Shown: positions 11,855-24,129 of the stretch, piece by piece
How the letters are laid out: every line of letters begins with the position of its first letter
How positions within the stretch are numbered: the first letter of the stretch is position 1
Source: Heptranchias perlo
Taxonomy: Eukaryota
Assembly: GCF_035084215.1 (NCBI RefSeq)
Contig: NC_090335.1
Location: 13,020,001-13,084,000 of the forward strand
Length of the DNA: 64,000 nucleotides
Reading direction: 5' to 3'
Notes under the pieces: generated by a model
The model's database searches: none
Told to the model about the DNA's origin: nothing
The model's input: only the letters and a program-made list of their open reading frames with translations
Translations under genes and position numbers: made by a program

Positions 11855-12862
11855 TGACAGCACCTCCCAAACCTGCGAACTGTACCACCTAGAAAGACAA
11901 GGGCAGCAAGTGCATGGGAACACCACCACCTCCAAGTTCTCCTCCAAGTTCAGGTACAAAAAATAACTTAAAAGGCTATTGGAACGTTGGCCTTTATCTC
12001 AAGAGGACTGGAATACAAAGGAGTGGATGTTATGTTACAGTTATATAAAGCTCTGGTTAGACCTCACTTAGATTACTGCATTCAGTCCTGGGCACCACAC
12101 CTTAGGAAGGATATACTGGCCTTGGAGGGGTTGCATTGCAGATTCACCAGAATGATGATCTGAGTCTGGTGATGATGGACCGAATGGCCTCCTCCTGTGC
12201 CGTACCTACTATGATACCAGGGCTAAAAGGGTTAAATTTTGACGACAGGTTGCCTAGACTAGGCTTGTATTTCCTTGAGTATAGAAGATTGGGGGGTGAT
12301 GTAATTGAGGTGTTTAAGATGATTAAAGGATTTGATAGGATAGTTAGAGAGAAACTATTTCCTCTGGTGGGGGAGTCCAGAACAAGAGGCCATTACCTTA
12401 AAGTTGGAGCTCGGCCGTTCAGGGTGACATCAGGAAGCACTTCTTCACACAAAGTGTAGTGGAAATCTGGAACTCTCTCCCCAAAAAGCTATTGAGGCTG
12501 GGGGTCAATTGAAAAATTAAAAGCTGAGGCGGCTAAATGGACTTAAGACACAGGTCAGCCATGTTCTAATTGAATGGTGGAACAGGCTTGAGGGGCTGAA
12601 TCACCAACTCCTGTTCTCATGTTCCTTCCTATGTTCCCCTCCACACACCATCCTGACTTGGAAATATATCGCCGTTCCTTCATCGTCACTGGGTCAAAAT
12701 CCTGGAACTCCCTTCCTAACAGCACTGTGGGAGAACCTTCACCACACGGACTGCAGCGGTTCAAGAAGGCGGCTCACCACCACCTTCTCAAGGGCAATTA
12801 GGGATGGGCAATAAATGCCGGCCTTGCCGGCAACACCCACCTCCCAAGAATGAATTTTTAAA
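11855..12862 (+). mobile_element. Family-B LINE 3' end interrupted by a CR1 fragment (~11950-12635)
   Basis: 11855-11950 and 12640-12862 join to match 63765-64000 plus the 3' UTR. The middle encodes the CR1 RT C-terminus (LYKALVRPHL...FDRIVREKLFPLVGESRTRGH). Confidence 0.75.
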
Positions 12863-13369
12863 AACTTACAGTGCAAAGGAAACCTCTCTAAATTCTCAAC
12901 GTTACCTGATACCAGTGGGTTTTACCTCTACAAGGATGAGAGCAAATGGTGCTCCATGCCAGTCTGCTCCCTAACCCCTGCTGTCGAGAGGACGGCACCC
13001 CTCTACTCATTATAGCCTCTGAACCAGCATTACCTATTAACACAGCCCGGTAACCTGAATAATCCCACACCTGTGAATGTTAGTACAGTCCTGATGCAAT
13101 TAAAACTAATGCTACACACGTTCAGCTGATGAGGGATTTGGTTTCACACTAGAGGTTAGAAACACACAGAGACTTTGAACCTTCAGCAAGTGAAGCCCAT
13201 CATAACAACCTGCGGTTTGCCAGGATGTCGGAGTGGGCTAAATACTCAGAAATTGTTTTTTGTTGGCCAGTTTCTGAGTCACACTGAGATTTGAATACTT
13301 TGATCGGGCACTGCATCCTTCCACTTCAGCCAATGGAAGAAGATAGAATTTTCATTTCAAATTCTCAGG

Positions 13370-13510
13370 TCATCCCAAAGCACTTCACAGCCAACACATG
13401 ACTCATCTGAAATGTAGTCACTGTTGCTACCGAGGCAAATGAGACAGCCAATTTGTGCACTGCAAGGTCCTGCAAACAGCAGTGAGGTGTATGACTAGAT
13501 AATCAATGTT
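13370..13510 (-). mobile_element. Deu-SINE 3' fragment
   Basis: CAGCCAATTTGTGCAC...AAGGTCC...CAAACAGC is the reverse complement of the Deu core. Confidence 0.55.
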
Positions 13511-13738
13511 GAGAGAGAGCAATCTTATTTAAATTTCACCTTGCAATGGAGAAGATCCTGTTCCAATCTGGAGAACAGGCACACAGATTTGGGCAGGAAG
13601 CCAAGGCTCAGTATAATTCAGCCTCTCCCCTGTCTTGGTCTGTTAGTCATGATGTGGAGATGCCGGTGATGGACTGGGGTGGACAAATGTAAGGAATCTT
13701 ACAACACCAGGTTATAGTCCAACAGTTTTATTTGAAAA

Positions 13739-13775
13739 TCACAAGCTTTCGGAGCTTACCTCCTTCGTCAGGTGA
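13739..13775 (-). ncRNA. Minimal type I hammerhead ribozyme (PLE-associated)
   Basis: Minus strand reads TCAC-CTGACGA-A-GGAG-GTAAG-CTCC-GAAA-GC-TT-GTGA. Confidence 0.8.
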
Positions 13776-14006
13776 GTGAGTGAAGGGTTCTAAGATCTCA
13801 TAGCATATATTAGCCTGGGAGACGATCACAGCAATCAAAGGTGTCGTTGGTGTTCAGACAGGTTAGCCACGGAAAACATTACATCCCAGTATACTGAATA
13901 CACAATGGGTCAGATTACAAAGCCAGAGAGAGAAAGAGACCCGAAAGGCAGAGAGAGAGAGAATGTCCAGTTGTATTAAAAAGATAACTTTTATTCGCTG
14001 GTGGGG

Positions 14007-14561
14007 TTACGTGTAGCGTGACATGAACCCAAGATCCCGGTTGAGGCCGTCCTCATGGGTACGGAACTTGGCTATCAATTTCTGCTCGACGATTTTGCGT
14101 TGTCGTGTGTCTCGAAGGCCGCCTTGGAGTATGCTTACCCGAAGATTGGTGGCTGAATGTCCTTGACTGCTAAAGTGTTCCCCGACTGGGAGGGAACCCT
14201 CCTGTCTGGCGATTGTTGCGCGGTGTCCGTTCATCCGTTGTCGCAGTGTCTGCATGGTCTCGCCAATGTACCATGCTCCGGGGCATCCTTTCCTGCAACG
14301 TATGAGGTAGACAACGTTGGCCGAGTCACAGGAGTATAAACCATGTACCTGGTGGGTGGTGTCCTCTCGTGTGATGGTGGTATCTGTGTCGATGATCTGG
14401 CATGTCTTGCAGAGGCTGCCGTGGCAGGGTTGTGTGGTGTCGTGGATGCTGTTCTCCTGAAAGCTGGGTAATTTGCTGCGAACGATAGTCTGTTTGAGGT
14501 TGGGTGGCTGTTTGAAGGCGAGTAGTGGAGGCGTGGGGATGGCCTTAGCGAGGTGTTCGTT
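14007..14561 (-). CDS. PLE ORF C-terminal fragment: Cys-rich linker plus GIY-YIG endonuclease (open frame, no N-terminus)
   Basis: Manual translation: AFKQPPNLKQTIVRSKL...PCHGSLCKTC...CDSANVVYLIRCRKGCPGAWYIGETMQTLRQRMNGHR...VGEHF...E.KLI.KFRT..DGLN. 185 codons including the terminal stop, with no internal stops. Confidence 0.85.
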   Translation of the reverse strand, partial: NEHLAKAIPTPPLLAFKQPPNLKQTIVRSKLPSFQENSIHDTTQPCHGSLCKTCQIIDTDTTITREDTTHQVHGLYSCDSANVVYLIRCRKGCPGAWYIGETMQTLRQRMNGHRATIARQEGSLPVGEHFSSQGHSATNLRVSILQGGLRDTRQRKIVEQKLIAKFRTHEDGLNRDLGFMSRYT

Positions 14562-14675
14562 GTAAATGTTATTGCATTTATCCTATGAATGTCGGGTCCC
14601 CTGTAGTCGAGAATTTTTGCTTGTGGTTTTGTGCCAGCAGCTCTCATGTGAGAACCAGGAGCCCACCTGTGAGCA

Positions 14676-15405
14676 GAAGAGGGGAAACTGAGGGGAGGGA
14701 AGAGGAGAAACCGTGGGCAGGGAAGAGGGGAAACTGAGGGGAGGGAAGAGGGGAAACTGAGGGCAGGGAAGAGTAGAAACCGAGGGGAGGGAAGAGGGTA
14801 AACTGAGGGCAGGGAAGAGGAGAAACTGAGGAGAGGGAAGAGGGGAAACCGAGGGCAGGGAAGAGGAGAAACCGAGGGCAGGGAAGAGGGGAAACTGAGG
14901 GGATGGAAGAGGAGAAACCGAGGGGATGGAAGAGGAGAAACCGAGGGGAGGGAAGAGGAGAAACCGAGGGCAGGGAAGAGGAGAAACCGAGGGGAGGGAT
15001 GAGGAGAAACCGAGGGGAGGGAAGAGGGGAAACTGAGGGCAGGGATGAGGAGAAACCGAGGGGAGGGAAGAGGGGAAACCGAGGGGATGGAAGAGGAGAA
15101 ACCGAGGGGATGGAAGAGGAGAAACCGAGGGCAGGGAAGAGGAGAAACTGAGGAGAGGGAAGAGGGGAAACCGAGGGCAGGGAAGAGGAGAAACTGAGGG
15201 GAGGGAAGAGGGGAAACTGAGGGCAGGGATGAGGAGAAACCGAGGGGAGGGAAGAGGGGAAACCGAGGGGATGGAAGAGGAGAAACCGAGGGGATGGAAG
15301 AGGAGAAACCGAGGGCAGGGAAGAGGAGAAACCGGGTGGCAGGGAAGAGGGGAAACCCAGGGGAGGGAAGAGGGGAAACTGAGGGCGGGGAAGAGGGGAA
15401 ACTGT
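14676..15405. repeat. 23-bp purine-rich minisatellite (GAGGGNAGGGAAGAGGRGAAACY), about 32 copies
   Basis: Direct inspection; 23-aa periodicity in the overlapping spurious ORF. Confidence 0.9.
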
Positions 15406-18004
15406 AGATGGGGAGACGAATCCTAGAGAGGAAACCAGAGGTCGGATGAACTTTGATTTCACCAGTAACTGATGGTAACTCACTGAAATTGCACCAATAA
15501 CTAATAGTAATACTGGTAACACTCAGATTCCCCTCATAACCAACAGAAATACGTAACTCACTGATAGTCTATATGTAACTAATAGTAATAGTTATAATGC
15601 CCGGATATCCTACTGGTAACTACTGGTGATCCTATAATCTGCTGATATTCACCCTGAAACCACAGCAAGACCCCCTGCACTACAGGTGCGTTAAGGCTCT
15701 CCAGATGATGCCACTAATAAAAAAAACCATTTAGCGCTGACCCTGCCTGATTTTGTGGGGTCAGTGGGAGGGCATCAAATGTACATGGGGCCGGTGAATG
15801 CCCATACCACTATGGGTGTATCTGGTGTCCCTGCCAGCCTCATGCTGCCACAAATTCTGTGCCAGGCCGCAATCAAGGGGAGTATTGTCCAGGGACCCCC
15901 AGACTCTGGTTCCCTCTCCCCACCCCCTGCCCCACATCCCCTAAGCAGGGCTTATCTAACTCAGTTTACTGGCATCCAAACATAGGGCTGGGGGAGCAGG
16001 AACTGCTAACATAGGAAGTCCGCACCCCTGGCCCGTCCCCCTCCCTGTCAGCGGCCTTGTTTGGAGAGGGTGAAGAACTGGAACCTCCTGTTTAAGGTCA
16101 GGATCCAGCGTATTCGGGTCCAGCGGAGTTCCTGGCTGCTCTGCTGGACTCCCACCCAGAATTATGGCAAGAATCCGCGGGAACACACGTGTAAATTTGG
16201 TCCATGCAGTAAACACCAAGGCTGCGCTGATTTAAAGGCAAATGCTTCGTATTGTTAATTCTCACTAAGGTGTAATATTCTGCACGAAATTACTGCCTTG
16301 GGCCAAATGCGAACCTTCTTTGAGATCTGGGAATCTGACAAAATAATGGATAACCTCTTTCCCTTTCAGACCCAGGCTGTAGGGTCATTTACATTCGGAT
16401 TTAGCAATGCTCTGTGGAAATGTCTGGTGCTCCTCCAGGGTTCTAGAGATCACTCTTTAAACTGCCCTTTATTTTGGCAGTGAATGATTCTCCATTACCG
16501 TATACAATCTGCATTGTACCAAGAGGTGCAACCCTCCAAATTCCCTGAAATAATTACTGTGTGAGAGGTTGGTGGGTGGGTGGGGGGATGGGAGGAAGGG
16601 GATGGTGCTGGAATACAAATGGTCAATATTGTGGATTCCTTCAACCTTTGCACTTGTAAATACAAAAGTGTTCCAATGACCAGGTTACTGTTTCATCCAT
16701 TCGTTGTGTTAATTAAACGCCTCACCTCAGAAAGTCCTGTCCTTGACCTGACTTTAGGTGTACAGGGTTTGACATGATTGATCACCTCCAAATAAAAAGT
16801 TGTGTTATCCAGACTAATTTGAAGAGATTAAACCCTAACTGTCCCCTGTAAACTCTATTGTGAGTAAAATGAAATAAAGCATTTTTAACCAAGAGTTAGT
16901 CTTCGCAAGTGATTAATCTGATTAAGGGAGTGAAAGGTGTCAAAGTAATGTGATTGAAAGATTTAGAAAATGCTTTGACTGATGACAGTTGGGATAAAAT
17001 ACAAACAAGTCACCTATTTGTCATCTGCTGCCAGGATGTGTCGATCGGAGGTTACCGGGCCCTAGTCTGATCATACTATGGAAGCTGCAAAAGCAGGAAA
17101 ACTTTCTCAGTAGGAAGTGGAGACCAACAAACTCTCTCAGTGAGAAGTGGGTGGGAGCACCTCTCCACCAAGCCTGGAGTTTCAGCTGTGGGGGAGGGGG
17201 AATTACAATGAGCCCCCTCTCCCTCCAATCTCCCACAGGGCCAAGATTTTCCCCTGAAGGGAATGTCACTCCCATTCCTTTCCCTGGACATGGATTTTCC
17301 TCTCAGGTTGGGGAGGGGATTAGGCTTCCCTCTAAAAAGGTGGCATTTTTCTTTCAGTGGGGGTAGACGGGGCCACTTTGCTCTCCAAATGGGGGACAGT
17401 AGGCAATGCCCATTTGCACAGCACAGTTCTGACGCACGATATTGGAGGGGGGGCGGTGGTTTCTCTGCTTTATACCAATGGGCTTTGCTTCAAGGAGAAG
17501 AATGGAATGTGAGATTTTCATCGGTGAGGATTTACGTATCCAGCTATCAATAGCTACGGGAGTAACATCAGGAGATCGGGAAGAACAAAAGAATCAAGAC
17601 AAAAGAATTAGGGCTGCTTCACCTCATAAAATTATGCTAAAGTAATGAGAGAAAAAGAAACAACATCCATTCAGTTGACAATATATTGGGTTCCTCAATG
17701 CATAAGCTCTCAATTGTGATGATGGGAGAGTTCAGAGTGATTACGGTGGGGCTGTTACGTAACATTAGGAAGGACCATTGTAGTTAATGGGTCACACAAT
17801 GTGACTCTGACAGCACCGCCTACAGGCACAATACCTTCAGGGTGTTGCAGCTGCTCATCATTTTTAATAGTATACCAGCTGATAGCCCACAGCGCTTCAC
17901 ACAATGAGTCGGAGAATAGTGCCTTTCATACCTGTCTCTGCTGTCTTCATGTTGCTGTTTCTCTCTCTCTCTCTTTTTCTTCTCTTCTGCCTTTCTCTCC
18001 CTAA

Positions 18005-18210
18005 TGTGGAGATGCCGGTGATGGACTGGGGTTGACAATTGTAAACAATTTTACAACACCAAGTTATAGTCCAGCAATTTTATTTTCAATTCACAAGCTT
18101 TCGGAGGCTTCCTCCTTCCTCACCTGAGGAAGGAGGAAGCCTCCGAAAGCTTGTGAATTGAAAATAAAATTGCTGGACTATAACTTGGTGTTGTAAAATT
18201 GTTTACAATT
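18005..18210. mobile_element. PLE inverted pLTR pair (perfect palindrome) with tail and TSD
   Basis: Arms 18037-18122 and 18125-18210 are exact reverse complements. TSD TTCTCTCCCTAA at 17993-18004 and 18210-18221. Confidence 0.85.
18120..18156 (+). ncRNA. Minimal type I hammerhead ribozyme (PLE-associated)
   Basis: TCAC-CTGAGGA-A-GGAGG-AAG-CCTCC-GAAA-GC-TT-GTGA, with a core identical to 1651-1687. Confidence 0.75.
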
Positions 18211-18394
18211 TCTCTCCCTAAATCTCCCTTTTGCTTCTTTCTCTGTCATTTTCTTCTTTCCTTTTGGATGAAAGTTGTGGACAGCACGGGGTGGTGGACT
18301 GTAGATAGGAGCATTTTGGGGAAGGGAGCAATGCGCAAACAATTCAGGCATCACCTGGGCTGCACAAACGAGCCAGAAACATTATTGGCAGGTA

Positions 18395-18712
18395 TGGTAG
18401 TCTAGTGGGTCTGGTACTGGACTAAACAACCCTAGTAAGTCATGAGTTCAAATCCCACCAAGGCACAGTTATGAAATTGAATTTAATACATTTCTGGATT
18501 TGCATCAGAAAACAAAATGATCATGAAAGCTGCTGGAATGTCATAAAAACCCAACTGGCTCATTAATGTTCTTCAGGCAAGGGCACCCCCACCCCCCGCC
18601 CCAGGTCTTGTCTACATGTGACTCCAATCCCACATTATGTGGTTGACTCTTAATGCCCTGAGGACAAATAGGGAATGGCCAGTTTCACCCACGACCCAAG
18701 AACAAAGAAATA
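18395..18712 (+). mobile_element. Degraded tRNA-derived SINE (second family)
   Basis: A-box-like TAGTCTAGTGG and B-box GAGTTCAAATCCC; 3' end weakly resembles the family-B LINE tail. Confidence 0.5.
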
Positions 18713-19466
18713 TAACAAACTCTTTGGATTTGCATTCTGTCCCGCTCCACTGCTGCTCGTGTCTTGCTTTGCCCTTTCTTTGTGCAGCCATATACTCGGC
18801 TAACAGTTCCAAGAATTCCCCACAATAACAGTAAGATCCATTTTCTGGCTTGTATGCTGTTCATTCACTGTAGGCTTCATCATCTGATTCCTAGCTTTTG
18901 TACTAATTATTTTATCCCTCTCTTGACCTACAATTGCCTCTTCCTTCCCAAACGAAACTTGCTTGTCAAACACTCTTTCACAACGATACTCCCCCTTTAA
19001 CTAGCTACTGAAATTGGCACCATAAATAACTAGAATGCTCCGTGACTGAAATAAGTAACTGCTAACTGTTCCTTAGCCAGACGTTTAAATTTCCCATTTT
19101 GGTTTGTGAGGAAATTTTACCACAGTGCGGAAAGGGTTAATTATTCTAATAGTTGGAATCCTCTCCTGTCCATACCTTCAAAATCCCCTTCCTTCCCTCT
19201 CCACTTCCAACTCCTCACATGTCTCTACTCAAGAATCCTATTATATGTGGAGTATACATAACTAGGAGAGATTACAGGGTTGATTTCAGTGAATTCTCAG
19301 CGATGACAGATTATATGTGCCGGGAACACGGTTGGGAATTCAGGCAGGAATTTTTTGTGGGCTGTCTTATGGACCCCTCCCCGGGTCGAATTCCCGATTT
19401 GCTGCGCTGGCACTCGGAGTTCCACACCAGTGGGGTGGGGGGGGGCGGGGGGTACAGTGGGAGGGA

Positions 19467-19631
19467 GGGTAATTGTGACTTTGGGCGATAGTGTAAAACG
19501 GGCGACATTGATTCAGCCGCCCGTTATACATCTCTCTGATTTGGCAATAGAAATGAGAATTAGGAGAGATGTATAACGGGCAGCATATCCAATATCTCCA
19601 TTTTGCACTATCACCCCATCAAAATTACCCC
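19467..19631. mobile_element. Hairpin MITE (putative Harbinger/Tourist-like)
   Basis: About 70-bp imperfect inverted arms: GGGTAATT...GATAGTGTAAAA...GCCCGTTATACATCTCTC versus GAGAGATGTATAACGGGC...TTTTGCACTATC...AATTACCC. Confidence 0.65.
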
Positions 19632-20039
19632 CCCCACCTCTTCCTGGAGTGCAAATTTGTAAAATCTACTGGTATAAGTTTGTGATCTGACAGTTGTACC
19701 ATAAAGCATCAGAGCGAGGCTTATAATGGTTTAAGAATGTCACCTGAACCCCAAGGTTAGATTACAGGTTTGTATTGATGCTCTTCTATCTATTATTAGC
19801 TTTCAGTCCTTGTGCATTTGTGCAGCATGTGAGCAAACCAAGAACATTAGAATTTAGAGAACGAGGGGTCCAAATGTTCATAATACTATTGCTCATACGA
19901 AGTAATCTCTGTCATAGGCAAATATCTTCACTAAGCTAACCTTTTGTGTCATTTAGAATCATAGAACGATACAGCACAGAAGGAGGCCATTCGGCCCATC
20001 ATGCCTGTGCTGGTTCTTTGGTAGAGCTATCCAATTAGT

Positions 20040-23000
20040 CATAAGAACCTAAGAAATAGGAGCAGGAGTAGGCCATCCGGCCCCTCGGCCCCTCGAGCCT
20101 GCTCTGCCATTCAACAAGATCATGGCTGATCTTCGACCTCAATGCCATTTTCCTGCACTATCCCCATATCCCTTGATGCCTTTAATATATAGAAATCTAT
20201 CGATCTCCGTTTTGAATGTACTCAATGACTGAGTCTCCGCAGCCCTCTGGGGTACAGAATTCCAAAGATTCACCATCCTCTGAGTGAAGAAATTTCCCCT
20301 CATCTCAGTCCTAAATGGCCTACCCCTTATTCTGAGACTGTGACCCCTGGTTCTAGACTCCCCAGCCAGGGGAAACGTCCTCCCTGCATCTACCCTGTCG
20401 AGCCCTGTAAGAATTTTGTATGTTTCAATGAGATCACCTCTCATTCTTCTAAACTCGAGAGAATACAGGCATAGTCTACTCAATCTCTCCTCATACGACA
20501 ATCCTGCCATCTCAGGAATCAGTCTGGTGAATCTTCATTGCACTCCCTCCATGGCAAGTATATCCTTTCTTAGATAAGGAAACCAAAATTGTACACAATA
20601 CTCCAGGTGCGGTCTCACCAAGGCCCTATATAATTGCAGTAAGACATCTTCATTCCTGTACTCAAATCCTCTTGTAATAAAGGCCAACATACCATTTGTC
20701 TTCCTAATTGCTTGCTGCACCTACATGTTAGCTTTCAGTGACTCATGTACAAGGACACACAGGTCCCTTTGAACATCAACATTTCCCAATCTCTCACCAT
20801 TTAAAAAATACTCTGCATTTCTGTTTTTCCTACCAAAGTGGATAACTTCACATTTTTCCACATTATAGTCCATCTGCCATGTTCTTGCCCACTCTCTTGG
20901 CCTGTCTATATCCCCTTGAAGTCTCTTTGCATCCTCCTCACAACTCACATTCCCACCTAGTTTTGTGTCATCAGCAAACTCGGAAATATTACATTTGGCC
21001 CCTCATCCAAATCATTGATATATATTGTGAATAGCTGAGGCCCAAGCACTGATCCCTGCGGTACCCCACTAGTCACAGTCTGCCAACCTGAAAAAGACCC
21101 GTTTATTCCTACTCTCTGTTTTCTGTCTGTTAACCAATTCTCAATCCATGCAGTATATTACCCCCAATTCCATGTGCTCTTAACTTTGTTCATCAACCTC
21201 CTGTGTGGGACCTTATCAAAAGCCTTCTGAAAATCCAAATACACTACATCCACTGGTTCCCCCTTATCTATTCTACTAGTTACATCCTCAAAGAACTCCA
21301 ATAGATTTGTCAAATATGACTTCCCTTTCATAAATCCATGTTGACTCTGCCAAATCCTATTATTATTTTCTAAGTGTCCTGTTATCACATCCTACATAAT
21401 AGATTCTAGCATTTTCCCTACTACTGATGTCAGGCTAACAGGTCTGTAATTCCCTGTTTTCTCTCTCCCTCCTTTCTTAAATAGTGGGGTTACATTTGCC
21501 ACCCTCCAATCTGCAGGAACCATTCCAGAATCTATAGAATTTTGGAAGATGACAACCAATGCATCCACTATCTCTATAGCAACCTCTTTCAAAACCCTGG
21601 GATGTAGATCATCAGGTCCTTGGGATTTATTGATTTTCAGTCCCATTAATTTCTATAGTACTATTTTTTTACTAATACTAATTTCCTTCATTTCCTCATT
21701 CTCGCCAGACCCTTGGTTCTCTAGTATTTCTGGGAGGTTTTTTGTGTCTCCTTCCGTGAAGACAGACACAAAGTATTTGTTTAATTCCTCTGCCATTTTT
21801 TTATTCCCCATTATAAATTCTTCTGTCTCTGTCTGTAAGGGACCCACATTTGCCTTCGCCAGTCTTTTCCTTTTTACACCTATAGAAGCTTTTACAGTCC
21901 GTTTTTATCTTTCTCGGTAGTTTACTCTTATATTCTATTTTCCCTTTCTTTATCAATTTCTTGGTCCTCCTTTGCTGAATTCCAAAATGCTCCCAATCCT
22001 CAGGCTTACTGCTTTTTCTGGCAACTTTCTCTGCTTCTTCCTTTGATTTAATACTATCTTTAATTTCTCTTCTTAGCCACGGTTGGACCACTTCTCCTGT
22101 TGGATTTTTGTGCCTTAAAGGAATATCCATTTGTTGTAAATTATGTATCAATTCTTTAAATGCTAGCCATTGCCTGTCTACTGTCATACCTTTTAATGTA
22201 GTTCCCCAATCAACCAGTCAACTTGCGCCTCACACCTTCGTAGTTTCCTTTGTTTAGATTTAAGGCCCTAGTTTTGGATTGAAGTACATCATTTTCAAAC
22301 TTAATGAAGAATTCTATCATATTATGGTCACTCTTCCCTAAGGGCTCCTTTACAACAAAATTATTAATTAACCCTTTCTCATTGCACAATACTAGATCTA
22401 AAATAACCTGTTCCCTAGTTGGTTCCTCAACATACTAATCTAGAAAGCCATCTTGTATACATTCCAGGAATTCGTCCTCCACAGTATTAGTGCTAATTTG
22501 GTTTGCCCAATCTATATGTAGATTGAAGTCCCCCATGATTATTGTATTACCCTTGTTACATCCACTTCTAATTTCCCACTTTATACCATGCCCTACATTT
22601 CCACTACTGTTTGGTGGCCAATAAACAACTCCCACCAATGTTTTCTGCCCCTTGCTGTTTCTTAGTTCCACCCAAATTGATTCTACAGCTTGATCTTTTG
22701 AGCCAAGATCCTTTCTCACTATTGTACTCATCTCATCCTTTATTAACAGCGCTACCCCACCTCCTTTTCCTTTTTGCCTATCCTTCCTAAATGTCGAATG
22801 TCCTTGATTATTCAGTTTCCAGCCTTGGTCACCCTGCAGTCTCCGTAATGGCAATTAGATCATACCCATTTACTTCTATTTGTGCCATCAATTCATCTAC
22901 CTTGTTGCAAATTCTGCGTGCATTCAGATAAAGTGCCTTTAATTTTGCCTTTTTAACATTTTTTCCTATTTTGACCTTATTTGCTGTTGGCCTTTGTTTC

Positions 23001-23243
23001 TGCTGCTTCCAATTTCACTTACTACTTTTCTGCCTTCCACTTCCAGCTTTGTTACTCTCCCTTCTGAATCTCCTCTCAGGTTCCCATCCCCCAGCCAAGT
23101 TAGTTTAAATCCTCCCCAACAGCACTAGCAAACCTCCCCGCAAGGATATTGGTCCCGGCCCTGTTGAGGTGCAACCCGTCCTGCTTGTACAGGTCCCACC
23201 TCCCCCAGAACAGGTCCCAGTGTCCCAGGAATCTAAAGCCCTC
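20040..23243 (-). mobile_element. CR1 LINE, ~3.2 kb: ORF1 esterase end plus fragmented ORF2 (APE-RT), nested in an older CR1 3' tip (19954-20040 and 23244-23310)
   Basis: ORF1 end GFRFLGHW...DGLHLN (SGNH type, 23100-23243); APE motifs GGGVALLIK and IMGDFN; RT motifs NYRPVSLTS, QHGFMKGKS, VVYLDFQKAFDKVPH; multiple frameshifts and stops. Confidence 0.9.
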
Positions 23244-24129
23244 TCCCACTCCCCTGCTCTTTCCCTACAGCCCTGCAATTTTTTTTCCCTTCAAGTATTA
23301 ATCCAACTTTGAAAGTTGAAAGTTGAAACTTTATGGGCTAAAAATCATCAGCTGCTCTTAAGCTGACAATTCTTGGTAATTTTCCGATCGCACAATTGGC
23401 CAGTCCTTTCTCCCAGTTACTCATTCCCTGTACAAACCTCCATTCGCCCACCTAATCTGTCCTCAGATGTGCTCCTAAAACTTCCTTGCTGCTCGGATGG
23501 GAGGATTCCCAACTCAGGGAATTGGAGGAGAGTTCGGAAACTGACATAAGGCAGTTGGGTTCTGAGGTAGAGAAACATCAGGAATTGGAAATGGAGAAGA
23601 AATGAAGAGAGTTTCAAAGGTATTGAGGGAAGAGGGATTACAAAGACATGAAAGTGAGAGAAGGAGTCTCAGACATGGAGAAGGTGGGGAAATCTCGGAG
23701 ACCGGGAAGACTTGGGTGGGGGGAGGTGGGGGGTGGTGGGTGGATCTTGGAGAGTTGGGGGGATCTTTGAGAGAGTAAAGAATCTTGAAGACCCAGAGAA
23801 GGAAACCATGGAGGTGTGTATTGACCAAGGAGAATCTCAGAGATAAAGGTTGGGTTCTCAGAGACACTAGGGCGGGAAGGGGAGACACAGAGGGTGGATT
23901 TTGAAATCATAGAAAAAAAGAGGAAGAATCTCGGACACAGAGTGGGAAGTCCCCATGACTCGGCCAACGTGAGGCCCCGGGCGATTTTTAATTCATTATA
24001 ATATGATTGATGGGCTTCCTACCCAATCATATTTGAATCGTAAGAGAATGCACCTCTTAAAGTGAGGTTGCATTCCCTGATGAGATGTTTTGCTGTTTAA
24101 TGCTGGAAGGAGGACTATTAGGAGAATAA

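Larger units (their letters stand above)
13652..14562 (-). mobile_element. Penelope-like retroelement (Neptune-type), 5'-truncated, with GIY-YIG ORF end, 3' pLTR and tail
   Basis: Carries the GIY-YIG ORF and hammerhead listed below. Tail TGTGGAGATGCCGGTGATGGACTGGGGT is shared with 18005-18032. Confidence 0.9.

Noticed and set aside
14644-15522. 292-aa Pro/Ser/Phe-rich ORF
   Set aside because: Translation of the 23-bp minisatellite.
18085-18124. Second functional hammerhead on the minus arm of the palindrome
   Set aside because: Core reads GUGAGGA (C3 missing) and the 5' strand of stem I is absent.
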